Virus record (IMG/VR): IMGVR_UViG_3300003797_000002
Length of the DNA: 64,000 nt
Origin: a virus
Direction: 5' to 3' (one strand)
Shown: in pieces, positions 26,270 through 34,649 of the stretch
Layout of the letters: each line of letters begins with the position of its first letter
Numbering within the stretch: position 1 is the first letter of the stretch
The notes under the pieces: model-generated
Databases searched by the model: none
Told to the model about the DNA's origin: nothing
What the model saw: the letters and a program-made list of their open reading frames with translations, nothing else
Position numbers and translations under genes: made by a program

Positions 26270-26680
26270 ATGAAAGTTGGTGTAACGGGAACTCGCTCAG
26301 GAATGACCGAATCTCAATATGATGCCGTTAAGTTTTGGTTAAAAAGTCTAGATGCTAAAGAACTTCATCACGGCGATTGTGTTGGTGTAGACGTTGAAGT
26401 AGCAATCTTGGCCTCTAGTCTTGGTTACTATATTGTTAATCATCCGCCTATTAAAGATGATCTTCGTGCTTATCATCATTCGCACCAGCATCGCAATCCA
26501 CTGTCTTATTTTGCTCGAAACCGTAACATCGTTGATGAGTGTGATATTCTCATGGTGGTACCACATCAGATGGAGTGGCAACCTAATGGCGGCACATGGT
26601 ACACACATGATTATGCTGTCAAAAAACAAAAATATCTTATCATTTTTTATCCTGACGGATCAACTTCCACACGAATCTAG
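26270..26680 (+). CDS. SLOG/DUF2493-like protein
   Basis: VGVTGTRSG..HHGDCVGVDVEVA pattern. Confidence 0.4.
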   Translation: MKVGVTGTRSGMTESQYDAVKFWLKSLDAKELHHGDCVGVDVEVAILASSLGYYIVNHPPIKDDLRAYHHSHQHRNPLSYFARNRNIVDECDILMVVPHQMEWQPNGGTWYTHDYAVKKQKYLIIFYPDGSTSTRI

Positions 26681-26681
26681 C

Positions 26682-26746
26682 TTGACATTTTATCGCGAAT
26701 CGTCTATTGTCAGAAAGTAGACAGAGAGAGAAAGTGATTCGTCATG
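26682..26746 (+). promoter_or_regulatory. early promoter + leader cassette
   Basis: TTGACA 26682-87, 17 nt with GCGAATCG, TATTGT 26705-10, AAAGTAGACAGAGAGAGAAAGTGATTCGTCATG. Confidence 0.7.
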
Positions 26747-27028
26747 GTCAAGTTTGAAAAAGCCAACTTCGAATATCACGGTGGATACCTTCACTACAAC
26801 CACAACGGCGAACGTAAGTTTGTCGCCCGCTTCAAGCATCGTGGTCCAGTCAACAAGGCTAAGTTTGTTGCGGTTCTGAAGAAGCACTACAGCGTTGACG
26901 AATATTTTGCCAAGATTGCTGCTGGTCGCGCTCCTCTTCAGATTTTTGAAGATGATGGTCTTCTGTCGTTTCATTACGGTGAGCATGGCGCTCACAACTA
27001 CTTTGTTCTTGATGGAAAGGTTATCTGA
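26744..27028 (+). CDS. hypothetical protein
   Basis: Cassette-driven ORF. Confidence 0.55.
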   Translation: MVKFEKANFEYHGGYLHYNHNGERKFVARFKHRGPVNKAKFVAVLKKHYSVDEYFAKIAAGRAPLQIFEDDGLLSFHYGEHGAHNYFVLDGKVI

Positions 27029-27234
27029 TGATAAATTTCTATAAGTGGTTGGGTACCGCGTTCGTGTTAATTTCTGTTTTATGTCGAGCATTGGGATATC
27101 GCGATGCTGATATGATGTTTGGAATGGTCGGTGCCTTTATCTGGACTTTTGTTGGCATTTATTTGAAAGATAATGCTTTGGTTACCGTCAATGCTATTAT
27201 CTACCTAGTTCTCTTGTATGGGATTTTGCATTAA
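27028..27234 (+). CDS. small membrane protein
   Basis: Two hydrophobic helices; TGATG junction. Confidence 0.5.
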   Translation: MINFYKWLGTAFVLISVLCRALGYRDADMMFGMVGAFIWTFVGIYLKDNALVTVNAIIYLVLLYGILH

Positions 27235-27235
27235 T

Positions 27236-27589
27236 ATGACTGTTGAAGTACGAAATCGTTCCCCAGAATCATGGGGACCACTAGCTGACACTGATGAAAA
27301 GACTTTTTGTTCTATTATCAATGGTCGTGATGCCAAAGATAATCTGAAGGCACATATCAAGAAGCAGAAGAAACTGAAGACATTTCGGGTGACATACGTC
27401 CGTCAACTGGTGTCGGACTTCTTTGAAGTTCGATCGGTAGACAGTTATGGTGTTGACGCCGCAGCCCGAAAGTTTTATCAAGAAAACAAAGACCAGATTG
27501 TGTTTCGGAAAAAGGTGAAGTCCGATTGGGCGAAAAGGTATAATGATGACGAATACGATTCTATTTCTTTTACACAGGTGAGTAAATGA
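27236..27589 (+). CDS. hypothetical protein
   Basis: ATG 27236 after the upstream TAA. Confidence 0.5.
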   Translation: MTVEVRNRSPESWGPLADTDEKTFCSIINGRDAKDNLKAHIKKQKKLKTFRVTYVRQLVSDFFEVRSVDSYGVDAAARKFYQENKDQIVFRKKVKSDWAKRYNDDEYDSISFTQVSK

Positions 27590-27696
27590 AAACTTTTCTA
27601 TATGCAGCCGGCATTCCTCTGGCTTTATTCACAATCTTTTATGGGCTTCCTCGTCTGGATCGTGACGGCAAACCCATGTGTAATACAGGAAACTGA
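27586..27696 (+). CDS. small membrane peptide (36 aa)
   Basis: ATGA overlap; MKTFLYAAGIPLALFTIFYGL.. Confidence 0.35.
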   Translation: MKTFLYAAGIPLALFTIFYGLPRLDRDGKPMCNTGN

Positions 27697-27697
27697 A

Positions 27698-27844
27698 ATG
27701 ACTGTTACTGAAATCGTTAATGAACTTCTACTAGAAATGGAACTTCTAGAAATGCAAGAATACACGCTAGCCGCTGAAACCATTCGGAAGTTTCTTCGCA
27801 TCGCCACTCCGATTCAGGTCAAGGCTCTCGAAGATTTCGTTTGA
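27698..27844 (+). CDS. small hypothetical protein (48 aa)
   Basis: ATG 27698 after AGGAAA; TGA stop inside the next TTGACA. Confidence 0.45.
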   Translation: MTVTEIVNELLLEMELLEMQEYTLAAETIRKFLRIATPIQVKALEDFV

Positions 27845-27903
27845 CATTATTCACGAATCGTGTATGGTGAGAATGTAGCAAAGAGAAAAGGTGATTCGTT
27901 ATG
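27841..27903 (+). promoter_or_regulatory. early promoter + leader cassette (near-consensus)
   Basis: TTGACA 27841-46, TTATTCACGAATCGTG, TATGGT 27863-68, GAGAATGTAGCAAAGAGAAAAGGTGATTCGTTATG. Confidence 0.75.
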
Positions 27904-28266
27904 GAAGTTCAAGTTCTTCATTTTGATCGCGACGGTCTCGGCAATCGTTGGTTTGAGCATATGGCTACGATTGATCTGTCAAGCTACATGTTTGATAATA
28001 TGGGAGTACAAGACGCTCTGGAATATGCCTATCGTCACACTCAGAACATCGGTGGTTCCTGGTCGATGGAACGAATGATCGATTATAAGGGCGAACTTTA
28101 TGAGAATCCCGATTTCAATCCTCATGTGATTGTTGTAAAGCCTCTTGACTGTTTCGCCGGCGAAAAGTGGGGTCATCGCTCGTCTATGGTCGGTGACCGT
28201 ATGATCATTGATGGTGAAGTTTTTGAGGTTGATACGTTTGGCTTCAAGCTTGTGGAGGGCGAATAA
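27901..28266 (+). CDS. hypothetical protein
   Basis: Cassette-driven ORF. Confidence 0.55.
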   Translation: MEVQVLHFDRDGLGNRWFEHMATIDLSSYMFDNMGVQDALEYAYRHTQNIGGSWSMERMIDYKGELYENPDFNPHVIVVKPLDCFAGEKWGHRSSMVGDRMIIDGEVFEVDTFGFKLVEGE

Positions 28267-28466
28267 TGTCTTTTAATCATCGTCACGGTGGTCCTTATGA
28301 TCGTGGTAGTGCTGATGCCTATTATGGTCGCCCCTACAAGCCACACTTTTATGAAAAAGCTACGTATGCATCACCTCTTGTGGAAAAGTCTGATATGACC
28401 CCAGAGCAGATTAACGAATATGATGCTGGCTTTTATGGTGAGTCAGATCGAAAATCTTTTCGATGA
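28266..28466 (+). CDS. hypothetical protein
   Basis: TAATG junction. Confidence 0.5.
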   Translation: MSFNHRHGGPYDRGSADAYYGRPYKPHFYEKATYASPLVEKSDMTPEQINEYDAGFYGESDRKSFR

Positions 28467-28478
28467 TCGAAAATACGG

Positions 28479-28535
28479 TTGACATTAATCGCGAATCGTG
28501 CTAGGTATACATAATAGAAAACGGAGATTGTCATG
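28479..28535 (+). promoter_or_regulatory. early promoter (divergent leader)
   Basis: TTGACA 28479-84, 17 nt with GCGAATCGTG, TAGGTA 28502-07, GGAG, ATG 28533. Confidence 0.6.
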
Positions 28536-28769
28536 AACGCAGATTATTTTTCAGTTTCAACAGACACATCTTTCATGAACGGTGTCTGCACTGCTTCCAA
28601 GATGATCCTAAACACTCCAGAGAACGTTCGCGATATTCCCTGCGATACATGCCCGAACGCTGACATATGCGCTCTGGCCGTGACTGACTGCGTTGCATCG
28701 CGTGTTTGGTACACTACTGGTGATTTTCTTGACAAAGACGTTGCGCGTCTCATCCGAAAGGCTAAGTGA
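28533..28769 (+). CDS. Cys-rich hypothetical protein
   Basis: Seven Cys, including CDTCPNADIC. Confidence 0.5.
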   Translation: MNADYFSVSTDTSFMNGVCTASKMILNTPENVRDIPCDTCPNADICALAVTDCVASRVWYTTGDFLDKDVARLIRKAK

Positions 28770-28770
28770 A

Positions 28771-29172
28771 ATGACTAAGATTGTTTACAACTCTTCCTAT
28801 GGTGGTTTCGGTCTATCGCATGAGGCTGTTATGCGTTATGCTGAAATCAAGGGAATCACTCTGTACGATCATCGTAGCTGGGGTTATTCGTATACTACTG
28901 TTCCTTTGGAAGAATGGGAACGTATCTATGAGGAATGCCATAAAGAACGTGACTACCGCCGTTCGGATGAACTAACTTTCAGCGACCGTAGTATTAGTCG
29001 TACCGATCCTGCTTTGGTTCAGGTTGTAGAAGAACTTGGTGATGCTGCTAATGATATTTACGCCAAGCTGCTGATCAAAGAACTTCCTGCTGGTACTCTG
29101 TATCGTATTGATGAGTATGATGGTAATGAAACTGTCATGACACAAGATGACTATGATTGGAGTGTTGCTTGA
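28771..29172 (+). CDS. hypothetical protein
   Basis: ATG 28771 right after the upstream TGA. Confidence 0.5.
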   Translation: MTKIVYNSSYGGFGLSHEAVMRYAEIKGITLYDHRSWGYSYTTVPLEEWERIYEECHKERDYRRSDELTFSDRSISRTDPALVQVVEELGDAANDIYAKLLIKELPAGTLYRIDEYDGNETVMTQDDYDWSVA

Positions 29173-29336
29173 TGGAAACGGAAAAATCATTCTCATCCTT
29201 TGAAGCACTAACACACTTCTCAGAAGTATATGATCTACTTGACAATATTACATATTATGATCCTATTCGCGGTTGGGTGTTGATTCTCGATGAAGATTTC
29301 GATGAAGATTATGAAGGTCCTCAGCAAGGTTGCTGA
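29172..29336 (+). CDS. small acidic hypothetical protein (54 aa)
   Basis: TGATG junction; overlaps the deaminase 5' region, so one of the two starts is uncertain. Confidence 0.3.
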   Translation: METEKSFSSFEALTHFSEVYDLLDNITYYDPIRGWVLILDEDFDEDYEGPQQGC

Positions 29337-29700
29337 AGCCTCGGAACCGTTTGCTAGGGCCAAGATAGCCGCTGCTCTCGTTTACAAAAACGAAATCATC
29401 GCGATTGGCACTAACAAGAACAAAACGCATCCACTTCAAGGCAGATATGCAAAACATGAAGAAGCTATATATCTCCATGCAGAAATAGATGCAATCGCTA
29501 ACGCACTGCGTAGGCATGATGCTGATACCGTGGCTAAATCCAAACTCTACATCTATCGGTGTAAGTGGACACATAGCAAGAAACCTATGATCACTCAGGG
29601 ATTGGCTAAGCCGTGTGAAGGCTGTATGCGCGCTATTGCAGCGTTTGATATCAAGCATGTTTGTTATACATTAGAGGACGAAGGTTATGAGTGGTTATAA
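29290..29700 (+). CDS. cd: dCMP deaminase
   Basis: HAEIDAI and PCEGC zinc-binding motifs; true start may be ATG 29311. Confidence 0.85.
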   Translation: MKISMKIMKVLSKVAEASEPFARAKIAAALVYKNEIIAIGTNKNKTHPLQGRYAKHEEAIYLHAEIDAIANALRRHDADTVAKSKLYIYRCKWTHSKKPMITQGLAKPCEGCMRAIAAFDIKHVCYTLEDEGYEWL

Positions 29701-30233
29701 TGGGTAAACGAAGTGACTTTGACAGAGTAGAACGTGACTTCTATCCTACTCCGATGGAAGCCGTTCTGCCTCTGTTGCCACATCTGAAGAAGTATTCTAA
29801 CTTCTATGAACCATGCGCTGGCGATGGCAGATTGATTGATCATCTTGATTATCACAATCATACTTGTATTGAAGCATGGGACATTGAACCACAAGAACAG
29901 TGGATTCTACAGTCAAATGCTCTTGATATTCAGTTCAATCCAGTATATTATGGATGGAATATAGATTACATCATCACCAATCCACCTTGGGATCGCAAGA
30001 TTCTTCATCCCATGATCGAACACTTCAGCAATCAACTTCCCACTTGGCTGCTGTTTGATGCAGACTGGATGCACACCAAGCAATCATCCGCGCTGATGAA
30101 ACGCTGCGAAATGGTTGTATCTGTGGGTCGTGTAAAGTGGATTGAGGGAAGCAAGACAAGCGGGAAAGACAACTGTGCTTGGTATCTGTTTACAAATACA
30201 ACAAACGCTAAAACTGTTTTTTATGGAAGGTAA
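29700..30233 (+). CDS. DNA methyltransferase (N6-adenine/N4-cytosine type)
   Basis: YEPCAGDGRL (motif I) and IITNPPW (motif IV). Confidence 0.75.
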   Translation: MGKRSDFDRVERDFYPTPMEAVLPLLPHLKKYSNFYEPCAGDGRLIDHLDYHNHTCIEAWDIEPQEQWILQSNALDIQFNPVYYGWNIDYIITNPPWDRKILHPMIEHFSNQLPTWLLFDADWMHTKQSSALMKRCEMVVSVGRVKWIEGSKTSGKDNCAWYLFTNTTNAKTVFYGR

Positions 30234-30466
30234 TGATTATGGATAAGTTTATTATTGGTTTGTTTACTGTTTTTGGCACTATCGTTCTCGGTTGTGCTTA
30301 TGGTCTGTTGATGTCATGGCCTGTTATGTGGCTATGGAATGCTGATCTTGTTCCTGCTATGACTATTTTGCGACCTATTGGTTGGATCCAAGCTTGGGGC
30401 ATCTCCATTCTAGTATCGCTTCTTGTTACTCGTGCGAGTGTGAGTAAAGATTGGAGTAAGGATTAA
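30233..30466 (+). CDS. small membrane protein
   Basis: Hydrophobic helices. Confidence 0.5.
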   Translation: MIMDKFIIGLFTVFGTIVLGCAYGLLMSWPVMWLWNADLVPAMTILRPIGWIQAWGISILVSLLVTRASVSKDWSKD

Positions 30467-30468
30467 TC

Positions 30469-30780
30469 ATGGCAATCTTTATTATTGAAACTGTTTCTTC
30501 ACATCGTATGCGTTATGCGGTAGAAGCACATACTCTTGAAGATGCTAAGAATGAAGTAGCGGTAAAGACAGAAATCTATGATGATGACTGGCGTGAAATG
30601 TCACAATATCATATCGGTGAGGTTATCTCTAGTGGACGCGAAGTTTCTCCTGAAGAATATCTTAAGGTCTTCAACGAGGATAACGATTACCTATCTGCAT
30701 GGCCAGATGAACAAAAGTTCCAACAAATCAATCATGTAGAGTATCCAGGCATCAAGGCTATCGATCTGGACGATATCTGA
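30469..30780 (+). CDS. hypothetical acidic protein
   Basis: ORF only. Confidence 0.5.
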   Translation: MAIFIIETVSSHRMRYAVEAHTLEDAKNEVAVKTEIYDDDWREMSQYHIGEVISSGREVSPEEYLKVFNEDNDYLSAWPDEQKFQQINHVEYPGIKAIDLDDI

Positions 30781-30799
30781 TTTTTTCTGAAAAAACTGG

Positions 30800-30861
30800 T
30801 TGACATTTATCTCCCTTTTGATATGATGAGTTATCAGACAGCGAAAGGAAGATTTTTTATG
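30800..30861 (+). promoter_or_regulatory. early promoter (divergent leader)
   Basis: TTGACA 30800-05, 16 nt, TATGAT 30822-27, AAGGAAG, ATG 30859. Confidence 0.6.
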
Positions 30862-31053
30862 ATTAAAGTTGGTGATTCGGTCCGCTCGTGCATTTGGCCC
30901 AACAAGGATCGCGTTGGTGTTGTCGCCGATGTCGATGGCAAGTTGATCAAAGTGTTCTATGGGCGTGAATATGCTCCGCCTTTTCCTGAACCCTTCTGGC
31001 TATATGTCAAAGAAGAACTGACGGTCGTTCATCCTCTTGAACTTTATAAGTGA
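30859..31053 (+). CDS. small protein with MIKVGDSV SH3-like module
   Basis: Paralogous N-terminus to the ORFs at 14421 and 31214. Confidence 0.5.
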   Translation: MIKVGDSVRSCIWPNKDRVGVVADVDGKLIKVFYGREYAPPFPEPFWLYVKEELTVVHPLELYK

Positions 31054-31059
31054 GTCTTT

Positions 31060-31221
31060 ATGATTGATCCTGATGTGTATGAAGATGCGTATGGTCGTCG
31101 TGGCTGCAATCCTATTGATTGTATGGTCTGTGGTGGCAGTGGTGTAGAATATGGTGAAACTTGCGTCGTTTGTGGTGGTGAAGGTTTCTTGATTGAAGAT
31201 GAGGAAGAAGATTATGTTTAA
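31060..31221 (+). CDS. DnaJ-type zinc-finger mini-protein (53 aa)
   Basis: Two CxxCxGxG repeats: CMVCGGSG and CVVCGGEG; below ORF-track cutoff. Confidence 0.5.
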   Translation: MIDPDVYEDAYGRRGCNPIDCMVCGGSGVEYGETCVVCGGEGFLIEDEEEDYV

Positions 31222-31384
31222 GATTGGTGATAGGGTGTATGCCACGCGAGATATTGGACTTGTTAACGAAAATCAAGTAGGAACAGTGGTTGATGTTCTG
31301 GAAGATTATCTTCCCTTTCCTTATATCGTAGATTTTGGTGCGGAAGATATGCCATGCAAAGAAAAGGAGATTGCACTTGATTAG
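31214..31384 (+). CDS. small protein with MFKIGDRV SH3-like module
   Basis: ATG 31214; paralogue of 30859. Confidence 0.5.
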   Translation: MFKIGDRVYATRDIGLVNENQVGTVVDVLEDYLPFPYIVDFGAEDMPCKEKEIALD

Positions 31385-32444
31385 GTTTCCCTCTATTGAA
31401 CAGTTCCGTTCCACGATTCATCATGTCAAGAACCATACGCGGTATGCTGGCAAGGATGCTGATGGCAATGCTGTGTATGATCATTCTCGCCCGCTTCCTA
31501 CGCTGAAGTTTCGTGGTACTGTCAAGCTGCATGGTACCAACGCGGGTATCGTGTATGACGTTGCCACCGACACTATTAGCTATCAGTCGCGTGAACGTGA
31601 ACTGTCGCTGACTTCTGACAATGCTGGCTTCATGCTTTGGGCTAAGAGTCACGAATCAATCTTTATTCAGTATTTTGAAGCATGTTTCCACAACGGTCTT
31701 ATGGAACAGTTTGCTCCGCGCAAGACCAATAAAATGCCAACAAAACTAGTTTTGTTTGGTGAATGGTGCGGTGGTAATATCCAAAAGGGTGTTGCTCTTA
31801 CTGGTCTGGACAAGATGTTTGTTGTGTTTGCATATAAAGAAATGTATGCAGATGATGATTCTGTCTGGGCAAACATGCCAAGTTTCATTGAAGTGAGTCA
31901 ACGGGCTGTCCCTAATATTTACTGGATCAATGAGTTTCCTACCTACGAAATCGACATTGACTTCAACTTTCCTGAAATCGCTCAGAACAAGATGATCGAA
32001 ATCACGGAAGCTGTTGAAGCCGAATGCCCTGTCGGTAAGCACTTTGGTGTTAGCGGCATTGGCGAAGGTGTTGTGTGGACTTGCGTCACTCCTGGTTATA
32101 ACGACTCGGGCACTTGGTTTAAAGTCAAGGGCGAAAAGCATTCTTCTTCGAAGGTCAAGACTCTTGCTGCTGTTGATGTTGAAGCAGTAGAGAACATGAA
32201 GGCTTTCATCGAATCAGTTGTCACTGAATCGCGTCTTGAACAGGGTCTAGACAATCTGGTTCGCGAACAACTGCTGCCCTTTGATATGAAGTCTCTCGGC
32301 GATTTTATCCGTTGGGTCTACAATGATGTCGTCAAGGAAGAAGCTGATACCATCGTTGCGAATCAGATTGATACCAAGAAGCTGGGATCTGCTATTGCGA
32401 ATGTAGCACGCCCATGGTATATCCAGCGGTATAATGCCTCTTGA
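31377..32444 (+). CDS. rnlB: RNA ligase 2-like (Rnl2 family)
   Basis: Motif I KLHGTN (T4 Rnl2 KIHGTN), FGEWCGGNIQKGV (motif III), GEGVVW (IV), WFKVKGEKH (V). TTG 31377 follows AAGGAG. Confidence 0.8.
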   Translation: MIRFPSIEQFRSTIHHVKNHTRYAGKDADGNAVYDHSRPLPTLKFRGTVKLHGTNAGIVYDVATDTISYQSRERELSLTSDNAGFMLWAKSHESIFIQYFEACFHNGLMEQFAPRKTNKMPTKLVLFGEWCGGNIQKGVALTGLDKMFVVFAYKEMYADDDSVWANMPSFIEVSQRAVPNIYWINEFPTYEIDIDFNFPEIAQNKMIEITEAVEAECPVGKHFGVSGIGEGVVWTCVTPGYNDSGTWFKVKGEKHSSSKVKTLAAVDVEAVENMKAFIESVVTESRLEQGLDNLVREQLLPFDMKSLGDFIRWVYNDVVKEEADTIVANQIDTKKLGSAIANVARPWYIQRYNAS

Positions 32445-32500
32445 CATTTAATACGAATCGTGTATGGTGAGAATGTAGCAGAGTGAAAGATTGAACAATG
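32441..32500 (+). promoter_or_regulatory. early promoter + leader cassette
   Basis: TTGACA 32441-46 (contains the Rnl2 TGA), ..ACGAATCGTG, TATGGT 32463-68, GAGAATGTAGCAGAGTGAAAG, ATG 32498. Confidence 0.7.
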
Positions 32501-33751
32501 AACTATGAGTTTCCTCACATCACCAACATCGCTGATGTGCTGCCTGCTATTGAAGGTCGTTACGAGTTCGTTGTGGCTGAGAAGGAAGGCTACACGGTCA
32601 TCAACTACAACGTGATGATGTCCGATACGTTTCCTGATGTGCCAGTTGATATGAAGTGGCAGGAGCCTCTCAATCGTATTGCTTTTGGTGAGTACGATCC
32701 CACCGCAGCAATCCGTCGTGAATGTCGTGGTATCATCTTTGATACTGAAACTGGTTATATCATTCGTCGCCCGTTCCATAAGTTCTTCAATGTGAACGAG
32801 CGTGAGGAGACGCAGGATCATGTCATTGATCTGTCGCGCCCTCATGCTATCCTTGAGAAGCTGGATGGTTCCATGATCGCTCCGTTCATTGTGAATGGTC
32901 AAATGATCTGGGGCACGAAGATGGGTGCTACCGACGTGGCAAAGCCTGTTGAGGAGTTCGTCAAGAACAAACCTCAGTATGAGAAGTTTGCTACTTCCTG
33001 CATTGCCAACGGTGTAACTCCTATCTTTGAATGGTGTTCGCGTAAGCAGCGCATTGTTCTGGACTACAAGGAAGATCAACTGATCCTCACCGCTCTTCGC
33101 GATATGCATACTGGCGAATATATCAAACTGTTCGGTGATGGTCGTATCAACCGATTGCATGTTGAAGATTGGGATATCCCTGTCGTCCGTGCATTTGAGT
33201 TCACTAACTATGGTGAACAGAATGATATGAAGGCTTTCCTTGAATACGTCCACGATCTGGAAGACCTTGAAGGGTTCGTGGTTCGTTTTGATGATGGTCA
33301 TATGTTGAAGTTGAAGTGCCATTGGTATCTCCAGATTCACAAGGCGAAGGAAGCTATCCTGCAAGATCGCAACATCGTTGAACTGATTCTGGAAGAAAAG
33401 CTGGATGACATCAAGGCTCATCTGCCTGCCGAAGATCGTGATCGGCTGACTCAGTTTGAGAGCAATATTCATTTTGATATTGCCCGTCGCGTAAGGCTGA
33501 TTGGTATGAAGCTGGAATATCTCCGTGAGCGTGGTATTGATCGTAAAACGTTTGCAATCGATCCGAAGCACAGTGTTGGTGTTGATGCTTTCATTCGTCC
33601 TATTATTTTCAAGAACTTTGATAACGACATTATCAGTGGTCTGAAGATTGGCGAAGACGTTCGCAAAACGATCCGTAATAACCTTGGTCGCACGGCAAAG
33701 TATGAAGCGATCCGTGATGCTTGGTTTCCGGGAGTGAAGTACAATGACTGA
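32498..33751 (+). CDS. rnlA: RNA ligase 1-like (T4 RnlA family)
   Basis: ECRGIIFD, HKFFNVNE, motif I EKLDGSM, FEWCSRKQRIVLDY, EGFVVRFDDGHMLKLKCHWY, all collinear with T4 Rnl1. Confidence 0.9.
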   Translation: MNYEFPHITNIADVLPAIEGRYEFVVAEKEGYTVINYNVMMSDTFPDVPVDMKWQEPLNRIAFGEYDPTAAIRRECRGIIFDTETGYIIRRPFHKFFNVNEREETQDHVIDLSRPHAILEKLDGSMIAPFIVNGQMIWGTKMGATDVAKPVEEFVKNKPQYEKFATSCIANGVTPIFEWCSRKQRIVLDYKEDQLILTALRDMHTGEYIKLFGDGRINRLHVEDWDIPVVRAFEFTNYGEQNDMKAFLEYVHDLEDLEGFVVRFDDGHMLKLKCHWYLQIHKAKEAILQDRNIVELILEEKLDDIKAHLPAEDRDRLTQFESNIHFDIARRVRLIGMKLEYLRERGIDRKTFAIDPKHSVGVDAFIRPIIFKNFDNDIISGLKIGEDVRKTIRNNLGRTAKYEAIRDAWFPGVKYND

Positions 33752-33887
33752 TCGTGAACTTTTGGAAATGGCGCTTGATGACCTTGATTGGGCAAAGGCC
33801 ATGCTTGAGTTAGACGGCACCGATTCGCACGAATGCCTTGATGATGTGATTGCTGCCATCAAGCAGCGGTTGGAAAATAACGATTGA
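33744..33887 (+). CDS. small acidic hypothetical protein (47 aa)
   Basis: ATGACTGA overlap with the rnlA stop; TGA stop inside the next TTGACA. Confidence 0.45.
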   Translation: MTDRELLEMALDDLDWAKAMLELDGTDSHECLDDVIAAIKQRLENND

Positions 33888-33946
33888 CATTTTTTCATAA
33901 TCAGCTATATTGAAAATGTAGCAGATAGATGGAGTGATTCGAGATG
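33884..33946 (+). promoter_or_regulatory. early promoter + leader cassette
   Basis: TTGACA 33884-89, 16 nt, TATATT 33906-11, GAAAATGTAGCAGATAGATGGAGTGATTCGAGATG. Confidence 0.7.
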
Positions 33947-34429
33947 ACTAAGCGTATTATCATGCTCGTTGGTGTTCCTGCTTCTGGCAAGTCCACTTGG
34001 ATTGAAAAAGAGTTTCAAGGCGAATGTGTTGTTATCTCTACCGATAACATTGTTGAAGAAATCGCAGAAGCCGCAGGCAAGACCTATAATGATGTTTGGG
34101 CTAACAGCATCAAAGCTGCTGAACGTATCATGTGGGAAGAGTTTGATCGTGCTGTGGAAACAAAGCAGTATCCCATTGTTATTGATCGTACCAACCTGAA
34201 CGCTAAGGTTCGTAAGAAGTTCTTTGATCGTCTTAAGAACTTTCATCCTAATCATGGTTATGAGATTGAAGCGGTTGTGTTTCCTACTCCTGAGAAAGAA
34301 GAATGGGAACGTAGGTTGAACAGTCGCCCTGGCAAAAACATTCCCCAAACTGTTCTTGACAGTATGGTACAATCTATGCAACAGCCAACATTGTCTGAGG
34401 GATTTTCTAAAATCGATATTTCTTCTTGA
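33944..34429 (+). CDS. polynucleotide 5'-kinase (kinase domain only, T4 Pnkp N-domain-like)
   Basis: P-loop GVPASGKSTW, VIDRTNL, RLNSRPGKNIP..VLDSM parallel to T4 Pnkp residues 1-150; no phosphatase domain. Confidence 0.75.
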   Translation: MTKRIIMLVGVPASGKSTWIEKEFQGECVVISTDNIVEEIAEAAGKTYNDVWANSIKAAERIMWEEFDRAVETKQYPIVIDRTNLNAKVRKKFFDRLKNFHPNHGYEIEAVVFPTPEKEEWERRLNSRPGKNIPQTVLDSMVQSMQQPTLSEGFSKIDISS

Positions 34430-34481
34430 CATTTTTTCGGATCTGAGTTATAAGGAATGAGTAACAAGGAGACTGACAATG
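34426..34481 (+). promoter_or_regulatory. early promoter (divergent leader)
   Basis: TTGACA 34426-31 (contains the kinase TGA), 17 nt, TATAAG 34449-54, AAGGAG, ATG 34479. Confidence 0.6.
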
Positions 34482-34640
34482 TTTGATTTCTATATTATCG
34501 CCTCAGTTATCGTCAATATTTTTATGTTCATCATTTGGCGTCGAGGAGATTTGTTTAACTTGAGCCTCAAGATTCTGTTTCTGATTCTGTCTGTTTCTGG
34601 CGGACTTGTTGTGATAAACAACTATCACCTTATTCATTGA
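34479..34640 (+). CDS. small membrane protein (53 aa)
   Basis: MFDFYIIASVIVNIFMFIIW..; below ORF-track cutoff. Confidence 0.5.
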   Translation: MFDFYIIASVIVNIFMFIIWRRGDLFNLSLKILFLILSVSGGLVVINNYHLIH

Positions 34641-34649
34641 GTATAAAAT

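Noticed and set aside
27869-27878. Conserved ATG-TAG start-stop mini-ORF at the 5' end of cassette transcripts
   Set aside because: The ATG is replaced by AAG or ATA in several copies (26682, 61573, 62607, 63687) while the GTAG remains. Conservation therefore targets the sequence or structure rather than a start-stop ORF.
29239-29267. TTGACA at 29239-29244 upstream of the dCMP deaminase gene
   Set aside because: There is no TAnnnT box at 16-18 nt spacing, none of the conserved leader is present, and the site lies inside a small ORF.
32363-33898. 511-aa antisense ORF spanning the whole Rnl1 gene, a small ORF and two cassette promoters
   Set aside because: The plus-strand frame aligns motif by motif with T4 Rnl1. 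The antisense product has odd composition, no SD and no recognisable motif. It is most likely a shadow ORF of a codon-biased gene, although its length is unusual and Ribo-seq would settle it.
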